Assembly (NCBI RefSeq): GCF_902713615.1
Contig: NW_024055760.1
Coordinates: 124,001 to 188,000, forward strand
DNA from: Scyliorhinus canicula
Lineage: Eukaryota
DNA: 64,000 nt
Direction: 5' to 3'
Shown here: in pieces, positions 63,911-64,000 of the stretch
Layout: each line of letters opens with the position of its first letter
Position numbering within the stretch: position 1 is the first letter of the stretch
Program-made: the position numbers and the translations under genes
Notes under the pieces: generated by a model
Told to the model about the DNA's origin: nothing
The model's input: only the letters and a program-made list of their open reading frames with translations
Database searches by the model: none

Positions 63911-63973
63911 CACACTGCTGCAGATATAGCGGGTGCCGCACAAAAACCCCACACTGACAGTTCCAGTTATTGC

Positions 63974-63987
63974 TCAGCAGAGGGCGC
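63974..63987 (+). promoter_or_regulatory. CTCF-like element 25 nt after the RSS nonamer
   Basis: TCAGCAGAGGGCGC preceded by TTCCAGT. Confidence 0.7.
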
Positions 63988-64000
63988 CCTCGCACTGATA

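Overview
Eukaryotic genomic DNA from a cartilaginous fish, inferred from the shark-type VH, D and JH sequences and shark-type SINE/CR1/Penelope repeats. The window joins two antigen-receptor regions. (1) A complete, apparently functional IgM-type heavy-chain VH-D1-D2-JH cassette on the minus strand (12.0-13.7 kb), with the shark RSS arrangement 23 | 12-22 | 12-12 | 23. No CH exon is visible in the 12 kb downstream of JH, much of which is G-rich satellite. (2) About 35 kb away, an array of T-cell receptor alpha/delta-type V segments in both orientations (45-64 kb): five intact genes, one with a nonsense codon in its leader, and about seven degenerate pseudogenes mostly missed by the ORF track. 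Three intact TCR V genes carry a CTCF-like motif exactly 25 nt beyond the RSS nonamer, and the same position has decayed in the pseudogene. One V promoter has amplified its CCAAT element into a 14-copy minisatellite. The intervening region is repeat-rich: a ~5 kb tandem duplication, CR1/L2/RTE LINE remnants, tRNA-derived SINEs, and Penelope-like elements with target-site duplications and minimal hammerhead motifs. Gene-segment coordinates were counted by hand; repeat boundaries are approximate.
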